From Deltaproteobacteria bacterium (lineage in GTDB: Bacteria; Myxococcota_A; Polyangia; Polyangiales; Houyiibacteriaceae), in NCBI GenBank assembly GCA_017644045.1, contig JAEPMI010000002.1, positions 259,026-323,025 of the forward strand: DNA of 64,000 bases, read 5' to 3'. Below the pieces are notes generated by a model, which saw nothing but the letters and a program-made list of their open reading frames with translations, was not told where the DNA came from and searched no databases. The position numbers and the translations under genes were made by a program. Below are positions 1-9,013 of this stretch, piece after piece (positions within the stretch are counted from its first letter, which is position 1; each line of letters opens with the position of its first letter).

Positions 1-1
1 G

Positions 2-364
2 ACCGCGCTGGCGGTGCTGACGCTCGTCGGACTGAGCGTGCTCCCGGCCCTCCACCTGATCTTCCACGATCAGCTCGAGCCACACGAGCACGGACCACGG
101 GCCGGTCACTGCCACGGCGGGGAGTGCCACGAGCACGACGAGTCGGCCGACGCCGACGGCGCGGACGAGGGTGAGACACCGGCGGACCACGGTGAGGGCA
201 GCCTCGCGCACCAGGACTTCGCGCTCGGGGTCGCCCCGCCCGCGCTTCCGCCCATCGGCGTGAGCCGCCTCGCGGTCCCCGCTGAGCTTCCCGCGCCATG
301 CCTCGTCGTCGCTCGCGAGCACGACCGACCGTCGCGAGCGCGCGGGCCGCCCCTGTCGAGCTGA
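2..364 (+). CDS. C-terminal part of a membrane protein with a His/Cys-rich acidic tail (5' end outside window)
   Basis: Frame is open from the window edge. Hydrophobic helix LAVLTLVGLSVLPALHLIF is followed by HDQLEPHEHGPRAGHCHGGECHEHDE. G/C-rich third positions. Lies 51 nt upstream of the receptor gene. Confidence 0.5.
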   Translation, partial: TALAVLTLVGLSVLPALHLIFHDQLEPHEHGPRAGHCHGGECHEHDESADADGADEGETPADHGEGSLAHQDFALGVAPPALPPIGVSRLAVPAELPAPCLVVAREHDRPSRARGPPLSS

Positions 365-415
365 CACGAACCCAACTCGAACGCTCGACCGACGGATCGC
401 TCCGTCTGCGGCCCC

Positions 416-2914
416 GTGCCGCGTTCGGCTCACTTGCTCGACTCACGATCGCTTCAGACGATCGGGTGGGTCGCGTTCGTGCTCGTGTGGAGCACGCTCG
501 CGCTCGCCCAGGTCACGCCCCCACGTCTCACCGCGGGAGCGACGACCCGACCGCCCTACCCGGCGGCGGGCGACGGCGGCGCTGCGCGCGTCGTGCTCGA
601 GCTCGTGGTGGACCCCGAAGGTGCCGTGTCGTCGGCGGAGCTGGTCAGCGTGGACCGCCCTGCGGAGACCGCCGGGCCCTTCGTCGACGCGGCGATGGGT
701 CACGCTCAGCGACTCTGGCTGGAGCCGGCGACCCGGGACGGGGTTCCCGAGTCCGCGCGGGTACAGCTGGAGCTCCTCTTCGTGCCGCGCCTCGTGGCGC
801 CGGAACTGCCTCGGCCAGTGGGACCTGAGCCGCCGGAAGCCGAGCCCACGCCGGTGGCTGCGGCCGGCGAGCCGGAGTTCGGGGCAGAAGCCGTGGTCGA
901 CGCACCCGAGGTCAGGCCGGTGCTCGCGGCCTCGGACGATCGCATCGAGACCGATCGCTTCGCGCTCGTGCCGCGGACGCGAGGCGCCGACCTCCTCACG
1001 CTCGCCCCCGGAGTCGTGCTGCAGAACCACTCCGGCGAAGGTCACGCGCCGACGATCTTCCTTCGGGGCTTCGACGCCGGCGAAGGTCAAGACCTGGCCA
1101 TCGACGTGGAAGGCGTTCCGCTCAACGAGCCGTCGAACGCCCACGGCCACGGCTACGCCGATCTCTACTTCGTCATCCCCGAGACCGTGCAGCGGGTCCG
1201 CGTCCTCGAGGGGCCCTTCGACCCGAGGCGCGGAGACTTCGCGCTGGCGGGCAGCGCGTCCTATCGGCTTGGGCCCGAGCGCCGCGGGATCGTGGCGAAG
1301 ATCGGGCTGGGCTCGTTCGGCCACCAGCGCCTGCTCCTGATGGCCGCACCGGCCCAGGTCGAGCGGGGCACGTTCGCTGCGGTGGATCTTCGGCGCGGGG
1401 ATGGCTTCGGGCCGAACCGGGCGCACCGCTCGGTCAGCGGGCTGAGTCAGGTGAGGCATCGCTTCGGGCGGACCACCCTCTCGGTGCTCGCTGGCACGAG
1501 CGCGCTCGAGATGGACGCGGTCGGGGTCGTTCGCGAAGACGCCGTGGTCGCACGGTCGCTGTCCTGCGACCCGGACCGGCACAGCCAGTTCTTCTGTTTC
1601 CACGACCCGCAGCAGGGCGGCTCGGGCAGCCGGCACTTGGCGTCGCTTCGAATCGACCGCCGATTGAACCGGGGCCGACTGAGCCAGCAGCTCTTCCTCA
1701 CCCAGCGGAAGCTGCGCATGCGCGAGAACTTCACCGGCGCGCTGCTCGACCCCCGGGGCGATGGGCTGGACGAGCACACCCGGACGACGACGGTCGGCGG
1801 CCGCGGCAGCTATCGGCGACGCTGGCGATGGCGCGGCCGAACGCAGAGCGTCGAGGTCGGCTACGACGCACGACACGACACCGGCCGGACGCGGCAATGG
1901 CGGCTTCGCCAGGACGGTGGCCAGCCCTACGCGGTGGTCTTCGACACGGACCTGCAGATCACCGCCGTGGGCGCGTACCTCGCCGCGCACGTCGAGCCGC
2001 TCGCCTGGCTCTGGCTCGACCTCGGTCTCCGCGCCGACGCCTTCGCCTTCCAGCTCGTCGACCGAGATCGCGCGAGCAGCGACCGGGAGGGCGAGCGGCT
2101 CACCGAGGAAGCGGTGGATGCCTTCGGTGTCGCGCTGCAGCCACGCGCCACGATCGGCGCCCGACTCGGCCAGGGGGTCGCGCTGCTGCTGGCCGCTGGG
2201 CGCGGGGTTCGGTCCAGCGACGCCCAGGCGCTCTCCGAAGGCGAGCGCGCGCCGTTCGCGGACGTGTTCGGCACCGAGCTGGGCTTGGTGGTCCGCCGCG
2301 AGCGCGGCGCGTGGAGCGGCGAAGCCAAGGCGATCGGCTTCTACACCTACGTGTCGAACGATCTCGTCTTCGACCCGGAGCGTGGGCGCAACGCCCCAGT
2401 GGGGAGCAGCCAGCGCTACGGCGGCTCCCTGGTCGGCCGGCTCCACGGCCCCTGGCTCGATGTCTCGCTCGCGACGACGGTGACCGAAGCGCTGCTCGGC
2501 GGCGGCGTCTTCGCCCTCGGTCGCGACGAGCGACTGCCCTTCGTTCCGCGCGCCGTCGGTCGCGCCGACGTGGCGGCGCACGACCACGTCGAGATTCGCG
2601 GGGAGCGCTTCCAGTGGGGCCTCGGACTCGGCGCGGGGCTCGTCGGGCCGAAGCCGCTTCCGCTCGGTCAGCGGAGCGCGCCCATCGTGAGTGTCGATCT
2701 GTCGGCGCGGCTCGGGTGGCGCTGGCTGGGTGTCACCTTCGCGGTCGAGAACGTGCTCGACGCACGCAACCGCGCCATCGAGCTCTACTACCCCTCGGAC
2801 TTCGGGGGCGGTTCGCTTCGAGCGGCGCGTCACTTCGCCGCCGCCGCGCCCCGCACTTTCCGGGTGACCTTCGAGGTCGCTCTCGACACCGCTGCCGCGG
2901 AGGACTCGCCATGA
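416..2914 (+). CDS. TonB-dependent outer-membrane receptor with N-terminal TonB-C-like domain
   Basis: GTG start and signal peptide ending ALA-Q. Residues ~35-125 (PPYPAAGDGGAARVVLELVVDPEGAV...FVDAAMGHAQRLWLEPATRDGVP) match the TonB C-terminal pattern. Plug motif VLQNHSGEGHAPTIFLRGFDAGEGQDLAIDVEGVPLNEP, then a long beta-barrel-like region. Confidence 0.85.
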   Translation: MPRSAHLLDSRSLQTIGWVAFVLVWSTLALAQVTPPRLTAGATTRPPYPAAGDGGAARVVLELVVDPEGAVSSAELVSVDRPAETAGPFVDAAMGHAQRLWLEPATRDGVPESARVQLELLFVPRLVAPELPRPVGPEPPEAEPTPVAAAGEPEFGAEAVVDAPEVRPVLAASDDRIETDRFALVPRTRGADLLTLAPGVVLQNHSGEGHAPTIFLRGFDAGEGQDLAIDVEGVPLNEPSNAHGHGYADLYFVIPETVQRVRVLEGPFDPRRGDFALAGSASYRLGPERRGIVAKIGLGSFGHQRLLLMAAPAQVERGTFAAVDLRRGDGFGPNRAHRSVSGLSQVRHRFGRTTLSVLAGTSALEMDAVGVVREDAVVARSLSCDPDRHSQFFCFHDPQQGGSGSRHLASLRIDRRLNRGRLSQQLFLTQRKLRMRENFTGALLDPRGDGLDEHTRTTTVGGRGSYRRRWRWRGRTQSVEVGYDARHDTGRTRQWRLRQDGGQPYAVVFDTDLQITAVGAYLAAHVEPLAWLWLDLGLRADAFAFQLVDRDRASSDREGERLTEEAVDAFGVALQPRATIGARLGQGVALLLAAGRGVRSSDAQALSEGERAPFADVFGTELGLVVRRERGAWSGEAKAIGFYTYVSNDLVFDPERGRNAPVGSSQRYGGSLVGRLHGPWLDVSLATTVTEALLGGGVFALGRDERLPFVPRAVGRADVAAHDHVEIRGERFQWGLGLGAGLVGPKPLPLGQRSAPIVSVDLSARLGWRWLGVTFAVENVLDARNRAIELYYPSDFGGGSLRAARHFAAAAPRTFRVTFEVALDTAAAEDSP

Positions 2915-3651
2915 TCCGTCTGTTCGCCCTGCTCCTCGTCGGCGCCGCGCTGCTGCCCGTCTCCTGCGCCGACACGGGAGGCTCGCTCGTCCCGATCGAA
3001 ATCACCACGCGCGGCACCGACGCGACGGAGCCCTTCGGGACGACCACCGGTTGGACGGTGACGCTCGACGAGGCCTGGGTCGCGGTGGCCGCGTTTCGCG
3101 CGTACGCCGATGAGTCGCTCGCGCAGCTGCTGGTGCCCTCGCGGGCGTACGCGCACGGCGGCACGGACCCGCTCAACGGTCGGCGGGTGCGCGCCGAGTG
3201 GTTCAGCTCGGTCGTCCTCGACGCGCTCGACCCGGCGGTGCGAGTGCTGGGCCTGGTCGATGGCGAGACCGGTGCGGTCGACGAGGTCGGCGTCAGCCTC
3301 GAGCAGCCGAGCGGCGGCGACACGCGCGGCCGGGTCGCGTGGGTGCGTGGGCAGGCCGAGCGCGACGGAGAGACCGTCGCGTTCGAGGGCGGGCTCGAGC
3401 TCGAGGACGAGCCTCTGGTCCGGCGAGTGGAGAACATCACGCTCGAGGGAGAGCTCGCGGCGAACGACCGCCTCCTCCTGACAGCCGACCCGCGGGTCTG
3501 GCTCGCCGACGCCGCGTTCGACCGCCTGCCGGAGAACGACGACGGCGAGCCCCGGACGATCACGAGCGACAGCCAGGTGCACGGCGCACTGCGGCTTGGG
3601 CTCCGAAGCACGCGCGCATGGCGCGCGACCATCGAGAGGAACGAAGAATGA
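2911..3651 (+). CDS. lipoprotein, unknown function (paralog of next gene)
   Basis: ATG overlaps the receptor stop (ATGA at 2911-2914). Lipobox LLPVSC. High GC3. Confidence 0.8.
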   Translation: MIRLFALLLVGAALLPVSCADTGGSLVPIEITTRGTDATEPFGTTTGWTVTLDEAWVAVAAFRAYADESLAQLLVPSRAYAHGGTDPLNGRRVRAEWFSSVVLDALDPAVRVLGLVDGETGAVDEVGVSLEQPSGGDTRGRVAWVRGQAERDGETVAFEGGLELEDEPLVRRVENITLEGELAANDRLLLTADPRVWLADAAFDRLPENDDGEPRTITSDSQVHGALRLGLRSTRAWRATIERNEE

Positions 3652-4538
3652 AGAGCTTGACGACGACGATGCTGTGGCTGTCCCTGGCGTGGGCGCTCGC
3701 CTGCGGCGACACCGGGAGCACCGGCACCCTGGAGGTCCGGCTCAGCGGCGAGGAGGCCTCGCGGGAGGGCTTCCCGGTGGGCACGGGCGACGACGTGATC
3801 GCCTTCGCCGACGGCTACACACTCTCCTTCGATCGGGTGCTGGTGTCGATCACCGGGCTCGAGCTGCGCGATGGCTCGGAGACCGCCGGGCTGGGAGCCG
3901 ACCCGATCGTGGCGGACCTGCACCTCGGCGAGCCCATCGCGTGGACCTTCGACGGAGTGCCGGCTCAGCGCTGGCCGGACGTCCGCTACACGTACGGCGC
4001 GCCGCCGAGCGATGCGCGCCTGCTCGAGGGAGTCGAGGCGAGCGACGTGGACGCCATGCGCGCCGCCGGAGCCTCCCTCCTCGTGAGCGGAGAGGCTCGA
4101 AGCACCGACGACGAGGCCTACCCCTTCGAGCTCTTGCTCGACATCGAGGTGCTCAACGCCCGATGCCAGAGCGGCATCGACGAGACGGACGGGGTGGTGA
4201 TCCCCGACGGCGCAGCGGTCCGGGCAGAGCTGACGATCCACCTCGACCACCTCTTCTTCGACACCTACGCCAGCGAGGACGCGGAGCTGCGCTTCGAGCC
4301 CTGGGCCGCGGTGGATCCAGGCGACCGACCGATCACGTTGGCGGACTTGGCGAGCCAGCCCATCGCCGATCTCCGCGACCGCGCCGGCGATCCGCTCCGC
4401 GACGACGGGGAGCTGGTGCTCTACGACCCCGGGCCGCTGGAGCTGGAACGAAACGATCTGGGCGCCTACGTACGCGCCGCCGCGACCACCACCGGTCACT
4501 TCCAGGGTGAGGGGCACTGCGACTACGAGCTGCCGTGA
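3648..4538 (+). CDS. lipoprotein, unknown function (paralog of previous gene)
   Basis: ATGA overlap with the previous stop. Lipobox LAWALAC. N-terminal pattern resembles the previous gene (TLEVRLSG...YTLSFDRVLVSITGLELR versus LVPIEITT...WTVTLDEAWVAVAAFR). Confidence 0.8.
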   Translation: MKSLTTTMLWLSLAWALACGDTGSTGTLEVRLSGEEASREGFPVGTGDDVIAFADGYTLSFDRVLVSITGLELRDGSETAGLGADPIVADLHLGEPIAWTFDGVPAQRWPDVRYTYGAPPSDARLLEGVEASDVDAMRAAGASLLVSGEARSTDDEAYPFELLLDIEVLNARCQSGIDETDGVVIPDGAAVRAELTIHLDHLFFDTYASEDAELRFEPWAAVDPGDRPITLADLASQPIADLRDRAGDPLRDDGELVLYDPGPLELERNDLGAYVRAAATTTGHFQGEGHCDYELP

Positions 4539-4556
4539 GGGTGGTAACCTGACGCC

Positions 4557-6977
4557 GTGCGGGGGTTGGCGCTGGGGGTGCTTCTGGTGGGGGTGGTGAT
4601 CGCCATCGTCCGTCTGACGCCGACCCCGCGGGCCGGGAGTCGAGGGGCGGGGCGCCCCGTGGCGCCGCCTCCGGCGGGCCCGATCGAGCCGGTGGGTGAA
4701 GCCCTCATCTATCGGGCGCTGCTGATGCGCGAGCGCGGCGACGTCTACGGGGCGTACGCGCTGGGGCGAGCGGTGGCCTCGGGTGCCGCGGGTGAGGTCG
4801 CGGCCGAGCGCGCCCGCACCGAGCTCCTCTCGGAGCCGCCGCCGATGACGATCGAGCTCCCGCTCGACGGACGCTACGCGGAGGTTCGCTTCGACGCCGA
4901 GGGACGGGTGGAGGCGCTCGGCGACGACCAGCGCACGCTCTTCGATCTCGCGACCGGCGAGACGGTGCGCCACGTCGAGCGGCGGGCGCGAGAACCGGAG
5001 CGAACGAAGCGGGAGCCAGGACGCTCCCTCAAAGTGCGAACGAGCGAGGAGTGGCGCGCGCTACAGCAGCGCGACCGCGAGCGCGAGGGGCGCGACCTCC
5101 GCCTGATGGGGGACCGCGTACTGGTGTACGAGGGCAACGAGCGGGTCGCGACGATCGAGAGCCCCGACGAGACTCGCCTCACCGAAGCCGCGCTCTCCGC
5201 GGACGGGACCGTGATCTGCATGGGGAACCAGCAGGGCCAGGTGATCGTCCGGGACGTCGAAGGCGGCGACGCGCTCGTCGGCAAGCTGGGCGGAGCGATC
5301 ACCGCGGTCGTGGCCGCGCCGGCCAACGAAGAGGGCGAAGACGACGAAGGTCCCGCGTTCCTGGTGGGGACGTCCCGCGGAGAGGTGGCGCGCGTCACCC
5401 GTGGTCCCGAACGAACCCGCTGGGGCGAGCTGGTCGAAGGCGGGGGCGTGGTGGTCAGCCTTCGGATGCTCGCCCACGATGGGCCTCCGATCGTCTGGCT
5501 GGGCGCCGACGTCTCCCGCGCCATCGTGGCCGTCGACGCGAGGGGGGTGCTCCGCTGGGGGATGGAGGAGCGGCTCGGTGGACCGATGATCGACTCGTTC
5601 CTCGTGGCCCGCCGCGTGCTCGAATGGAAGCCCTCGATGCACCGCATCGGAGTGGCGCTCGATCCCGAGGGTGGCCGAGTCGCCGTGCTGAGAGACGACA
5701 CCCTCCGCGTGGTCGCGCTCGAGCCGGGGCTGCCCGTGTGCGCCGCACCGCCAGGCGATCGACGTGCCGTCGGCCGCGCGCGCGATGGCACGCGAGTGGT
5801 GGTCCGCGGAGACGAGGAGGTCGTGGTCTGCGACCTCGAGCGTCCGGGACGAGCGATCGCGACGTTCCCGACTCGCGAGCGACAGCGGCCGTTCGGCGGC
5901 CGCACCGAGCTCAGCGCCGACGGACGGCGGCTGGCGATCTCGCAGGACGCACGACTCCGGGTCTTCGACGTCGACTCGGGCGATCGCGTCGGCGACATCT
6001 CGGCCGAGTGGGGCGCGAAGCTCTCCGCCGACGGCGCCGTCGCGTTGGTCGACCACGACCTGGTGGCGGTCGAGAGCGGCCTGGCCATTCGACCCGGGTG
6101 CCTCGACGGAGACGCAGGACTCCGCGCGCTGTACGGCACGGACCTGATGGCTGCGTTCGAGGACGATCGGGTCGTCGTCTGCGAGCTGGACGAAGACGGG
6201 GACGAAGTCTTCCGAAGCGAGGCGTTCGACGGGCTCGACTCCATGGGCACCTCGGACGACGGGTCGCATCTGTGGGTGGGGAGCGAGGACGGCAAGGTTC
6301 GACTCTTCACCCTCCCGGGAGGAACGCTCGTGCGGACCCTCCATGCGGGGGAGAGTGGAGGACCGAGCGCGATCGTCGCGAACGGTGGTGGCTACGTCAT
6401 GACCGTGAGCGCAGAGGGCCGGCGACGACTCTTCGCGACCGAGACCGGCGAACGGGTCGTCGAGCGGGAGGCGCCGCCGGGGATGACGGACGGGCCGGGG
6501 ACATCGCCGGAGACGTTCACCGGGGACGGCGCGTACTACCTACGCATCGGCGGTGTCCGCGACCGAGCGCAGGAGCTCTGGGTGAGCGCGACCGGCGAGA
6601 AGGTCGAGCTCGAGGTGCCCGACGAGATCTACACGGAGGTCGAGGTCCGCGGCCACGCGGGTCCGCTCGGCGCCGGACCGGACGCCTGGGGGACGTCGGG
6701 ACATGGGACCGCGTTCTTCCGCGCGGATGCCGATGGGGTGCGAACGCTGGCTCGGGTGCGCCCGGGCCCGACGGCGATCGTGGGCGACGGACGCTTCCTG
6801 GTGTGGGTCGGGGACATGGTCCGCGTGGTGCCCGTCGGCACGAGCGGGCCCGACGCAGCGGAGCTCACCGCCCCGCTGACCAACCACCGCGTGTGCCGGG
6901 AGAGCTTCGATCCGGTCGTGGTGAAGCCGGCGGAGATCGACGATCCGATCTGGGCGCCTGACGCTTACTGCGACTGA
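4557..6977 (+). CDS. membrane-anchored WD40/beta-propeller repeat protein
   Basis: GTG start and N-terminal TM LALGVLLVGVVIAIV. Repeated WD40-like blades: SADGRRLAISQDARLRVFDVDSGD, SDDGSHLWVGSEDGKVRLFTLPGG, SADGTVICMGNQQGQVIVRDVEGG. Confidence 0.8.
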   Translation: MRGLALGVLLVGVVIAIVRLTPTPRAGSRGAGRPVAPPPAGPIEPVGEALIYRALLMRERGDVYGAYALGRAVASGAAGEVAAERARTELLSEPPPMTIELPLDGRYAEVRFDAEGRVEALGDDQRTLFDLATGETVRHVERRAREPERTKREPGRSLKVRTSEEWRALQQRDREREGRDLRLMGDRVLVYEGNERVATIESPDETRLTEAALSADGTVICMGNQQGQVIVRDVEGGDALVGKLGGAITAVVAAPANEEGEDDEGPAFLVGTSRGEVARVTRGPERTRWGELVEGGGVVVSLRMLAHDGPPIVWLGADVSRAIVAVDARGVLRWGMEERLGGPMIDSFLVARRVLEWKPSMHRIGVALDPEGGRVAVLRDDTLRVVALEPGLPVCAAPPGDRRAVGRARDGTRVVVRGDEEVVVCDLERPGRAIATFPTRERQRPFGGRTELSADGRRLAISQDARLRVFDVDSGDRVGDISAEWGAKLSADGAVALVDHDLVAVESGLAIRPGCLDGDAGLRALYGTDLMAAFEDDRVVVCELDEDGDEVFRSEAFDGLDSMGTSDDGSHLWVGSEDGKVRLFTLPGGTLVRTLHAGESGGPSAIVANGGGYVMTVSAEGRRRLFATETGERVVEREAPPGMTDGPGTSPETFTGDGAYYLRIGGVRDRAQELWVSATGEKVELEVPDEIYTEVEVRGHAGPLGAGPDAWGTSGHGTAFFRADADGVRTLARVRPGPTAIVGDGRFLVWVGDMVRVVPVGTSGPDAAELTAPLTNHRVCRESFDPVVVKPAEIDDPIWAPDAYCD

Positions 6978-6982
6978 GCCCT

Positions 6983-8077
6983 CTACACCGGAACCGAGCG
7001 GTCGAGCAGGCGGCCGAGCGCTTCGAGGGTCCGGATGTCCTCGGGCGACTCGGCGACGGCGAGGGCCGGAGCCTCGGGGTCGAAGGAGTCACGGAAGCGC
7101 GCCGCGGACTCGAGCGCGGCGCGCTGCGTGTCCGCGATGTGCTCGCGGAGCACACGAAGCTCCTCGGCCGCCGGTTGGAGCTCGCCCTCGGGGAGCTCCG
7201 GGCTGGCGCCGGCGAGCGGCGTGCTCGCACCGGGCTCCGAGAGGTAGGCGCGGTTGAAGAGGAAGAGGCTCGGCGTGCGGTGCCGCTCCGCGAGCTCGGA
7301 CGCCAGCGCGCGCGCATCGGCCAGCGCGGTGGTCGACGTGCTCGCGACGAGCGCGTAGCCGGTGGCCGGGTCGCGGAGGGTGGCGGCGGTGCTCTGGGCG
7401 CGTTCGAGGAAGCCCTCGCGCTGGTCGGCGAGGAGGTGGAAGAAGCCGAGGAGCTCGGCGGTGACCTCTTCGCCCGCGAGCTTGCCGAGCAGCTTCATCG
7501 CGGCGCGACCGCCAGCGCTGGCGAGCGACGCGAGCGAGCCCATGATCGAGTCGTCGGGCTCGAGGAAGAAGCGCAGCACTCCGTCGTCGAGGAAACGAGC
7601 GAGCTGATGTGGCGCGTCGAGGATCTCGAGCGCGGAGCGCGTGGGCGGGGTGTCGAGGACGACCAGATCGTGGTCGCCTTTGTCGAGCACGTCGTAGAGG
7701 CGCTCGGCCGCGACGTAGGCGTGGCTGCGCGCCAGGGTCTTGCTGAAAGCCTGGTAGACGCGGTTGCCGAGAATCGTCTCGCGCGCGTCCGGCTCGGCGA
7801 TGCGGCCCATGAGCGCGTCGTAGCTCGCCTTGGTGTCGAGCATCGCGGCCGAGAGGTTGGGCTCGTCGTCCACGACACGGATGGTGTCGTCGAGCCCGTC
7901 GAGGCCGAGTGCGTCCGCGAGCCTTCGCGCGGGGTCGATGGTGAGCACGAGCGCACGCCGCCCCTGACGGGCCGCGCGGAGCGCGAGGGCGGCCGCCGAG
8001 GTGGTCTTGCCGACGCCGCCGGGGCCGACACAGACCACCAGCCGGCGGTCGAGGAGCGCGTCGAGATGCACGCTCAC
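6983..8077 (-). CDS. ArsA/Get3-family ATPase (single NBD), second of tandem pair
   Basis: GTG at 8077 overlaps the upstream stop (GTGA). P-loop VCVGPGGVGKTT. LTIDPA and VVLDTPPT motifs typical of ArsA/Get3. The ORF-track N-terminal extension is Arg/Pro-rich and lies inside the upstream gene. Confidence 0.8.
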   Translation of the reverse strand: MSVHLDALLDRRLVVCVGPGGVGKTTSAAALALRAARQGRRALVLTIDPARRLADALGLDGLDDTIRVVDDEPNLSAAMLDTKASYDALMGRIAEPDARETILGNRVYQAFSKTLARSHAYVAAERLYDVLDKGDHDLVVLDTPPTRSALEILDAPHQLARFLDDGVLRFFLEPDDSIMGSLASLASAGGRAAMKLLGKLAGEEVTAELLGFFHLLADQREGFLERAQSTAATLRDPATGYALVASTSTTALADARALASELAERHRTPSLFLFNRAYLSEPGASTPLAGASPELPEGELQPAAEELRVLREHIADTQRAALESAARFRDSFDPEAPALAVAESPEDIRTLEALGRLLDRSVPV

Positions 8078-8970
8078 GACGCGCCTCCGAGGTGGGTCGC
8101 GAGCTGATGGAGATCGAAGGGCTCGAGCACCGGCAGTCGGAGGGTCGGGAGCTCCAGCTCCCTCTCCAAGCGATCCGCGATGGCGGTGGCACGCTCGTGG
8201 ACCGACTCGAGCCGGCGCGCTAGGGCGACCTCGGCATCCCAGCCCGCGCGCTCGAGCTCGGCGTAGCGCGCCCGCGTTGGCTCCGAGACCGGCGGCGCCG
8301 GGACGCGATTGATGAAGAGGCGCCCGAGCGGGACCGAGCCCTTCGCGCGAAGCGCGGCGTGGAGCTCTCGCGTCTCCTGGGCCGGCAGCTCGTCGGGGAG
8401 CGTCACGAGGTTCAGCGCCGTGCGCTCGTGGTCCGAGAGCAACGCGGTGAACCCTCGCAGCAGGCGGGCGAGCGGCCCGCGGGTGGCGAGGTCCGCGAAG
8501 ACCTCCGGCAGCGAGAGGAACATGAGCGCGTGACCGGTCGCGTCCAGGTCGACGAGCACCGGGTCCCAACGCGACTCGCCGCGCACGGTCGCCTCTTCGA
8601 GCCGCTCGAGCATTCGGAGGGTGACGACCTCGGACACGGCGGGTGCCGCGTGGAAGAAGCGACGAAGCGCATCGCCGCGAACGATGCGGCGCGCGAGCGC
8701 TCGCACCTTCGCGTGCTCCGCCACGTAGTCGACGAGCGCCTCGTCGAAGTCGATGTTCGCGGCGTGGACGCCGGGCGCGACCTCGGTCGGCTCATGGCCG
8801 ATGGCGGGCGCCTCGAAGACCGTGGCCATCGTGGCCCGATGACCGAGCTCCACCACCAGCGGACGCCGACCGGCGCGAGCCGCCGCGAGCGCGGAGGCGG
8901 CCACGACCGACGATTTGCCCACCCCACCCTTGCCGGTGAAGAGCTGGAGTCGTCGGGTCTCGGAAGTCAC
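8074..8970 (-). CDS. ArsA/Get3-family ATPase (single NBD), first of tandem pair
   Basis: GTG start. P-loop FTGKGGVGKSS. LVDLDATGHAL resembles the ArsA DTAPTGH signature. Confidence 0.8.
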   Translation of the reverse strand: MTSETRRLQLFTGKGGVGKSSVVAASALAAARAGRRPLVVELGHRATMATVFEAPAIGHEPTEVAPGVHAANIDFDEALVDYVAEHAKVRALARRIVRGDALRRFFHAAPAVSEVVTLRMLERLEEATVRGESRWDPVLVDLDATGHALMFLSLPEVFADLATRGPLARLLRGFTALLSDHERTALNLVTLPDELPAQETRELHAALRAKGSVPLGRLFINRVPAPPVSEPTRARYAELERAGWDAEVALARRLESVHERATAIADRLERELELPTLRLPVLEPFDLHQLATHLGGAS

Positions 8971-9013
8971 GCCCGGATGACCATGGCGCCAACTGCCCCG
9001 GCAGTCGAGCGCC

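Noticed and set aside
443-2833. 796-aa minus-strand ORF
   Set aside because: Antisense to the TonB-dependent receptor, which has clear plug motifs. Low-complexity Arg/Ala/Glu translation.
2733-4973. 746-aa minus-strand ORF
   Set aside because: Antisense to two lipoprotein genes with lipoboxes and ATGA coupling. No recognisable motifs.
6983-8569. Full 528-aa version of the second ArsA-like ORF
   Set aside because: The first 164 codons overlap the upstream ArsA-like gene out of frame and are Arg/Pro/Gly-rich. A GTG at 8077 gives a GTGA-coupled start just before the P-loop.
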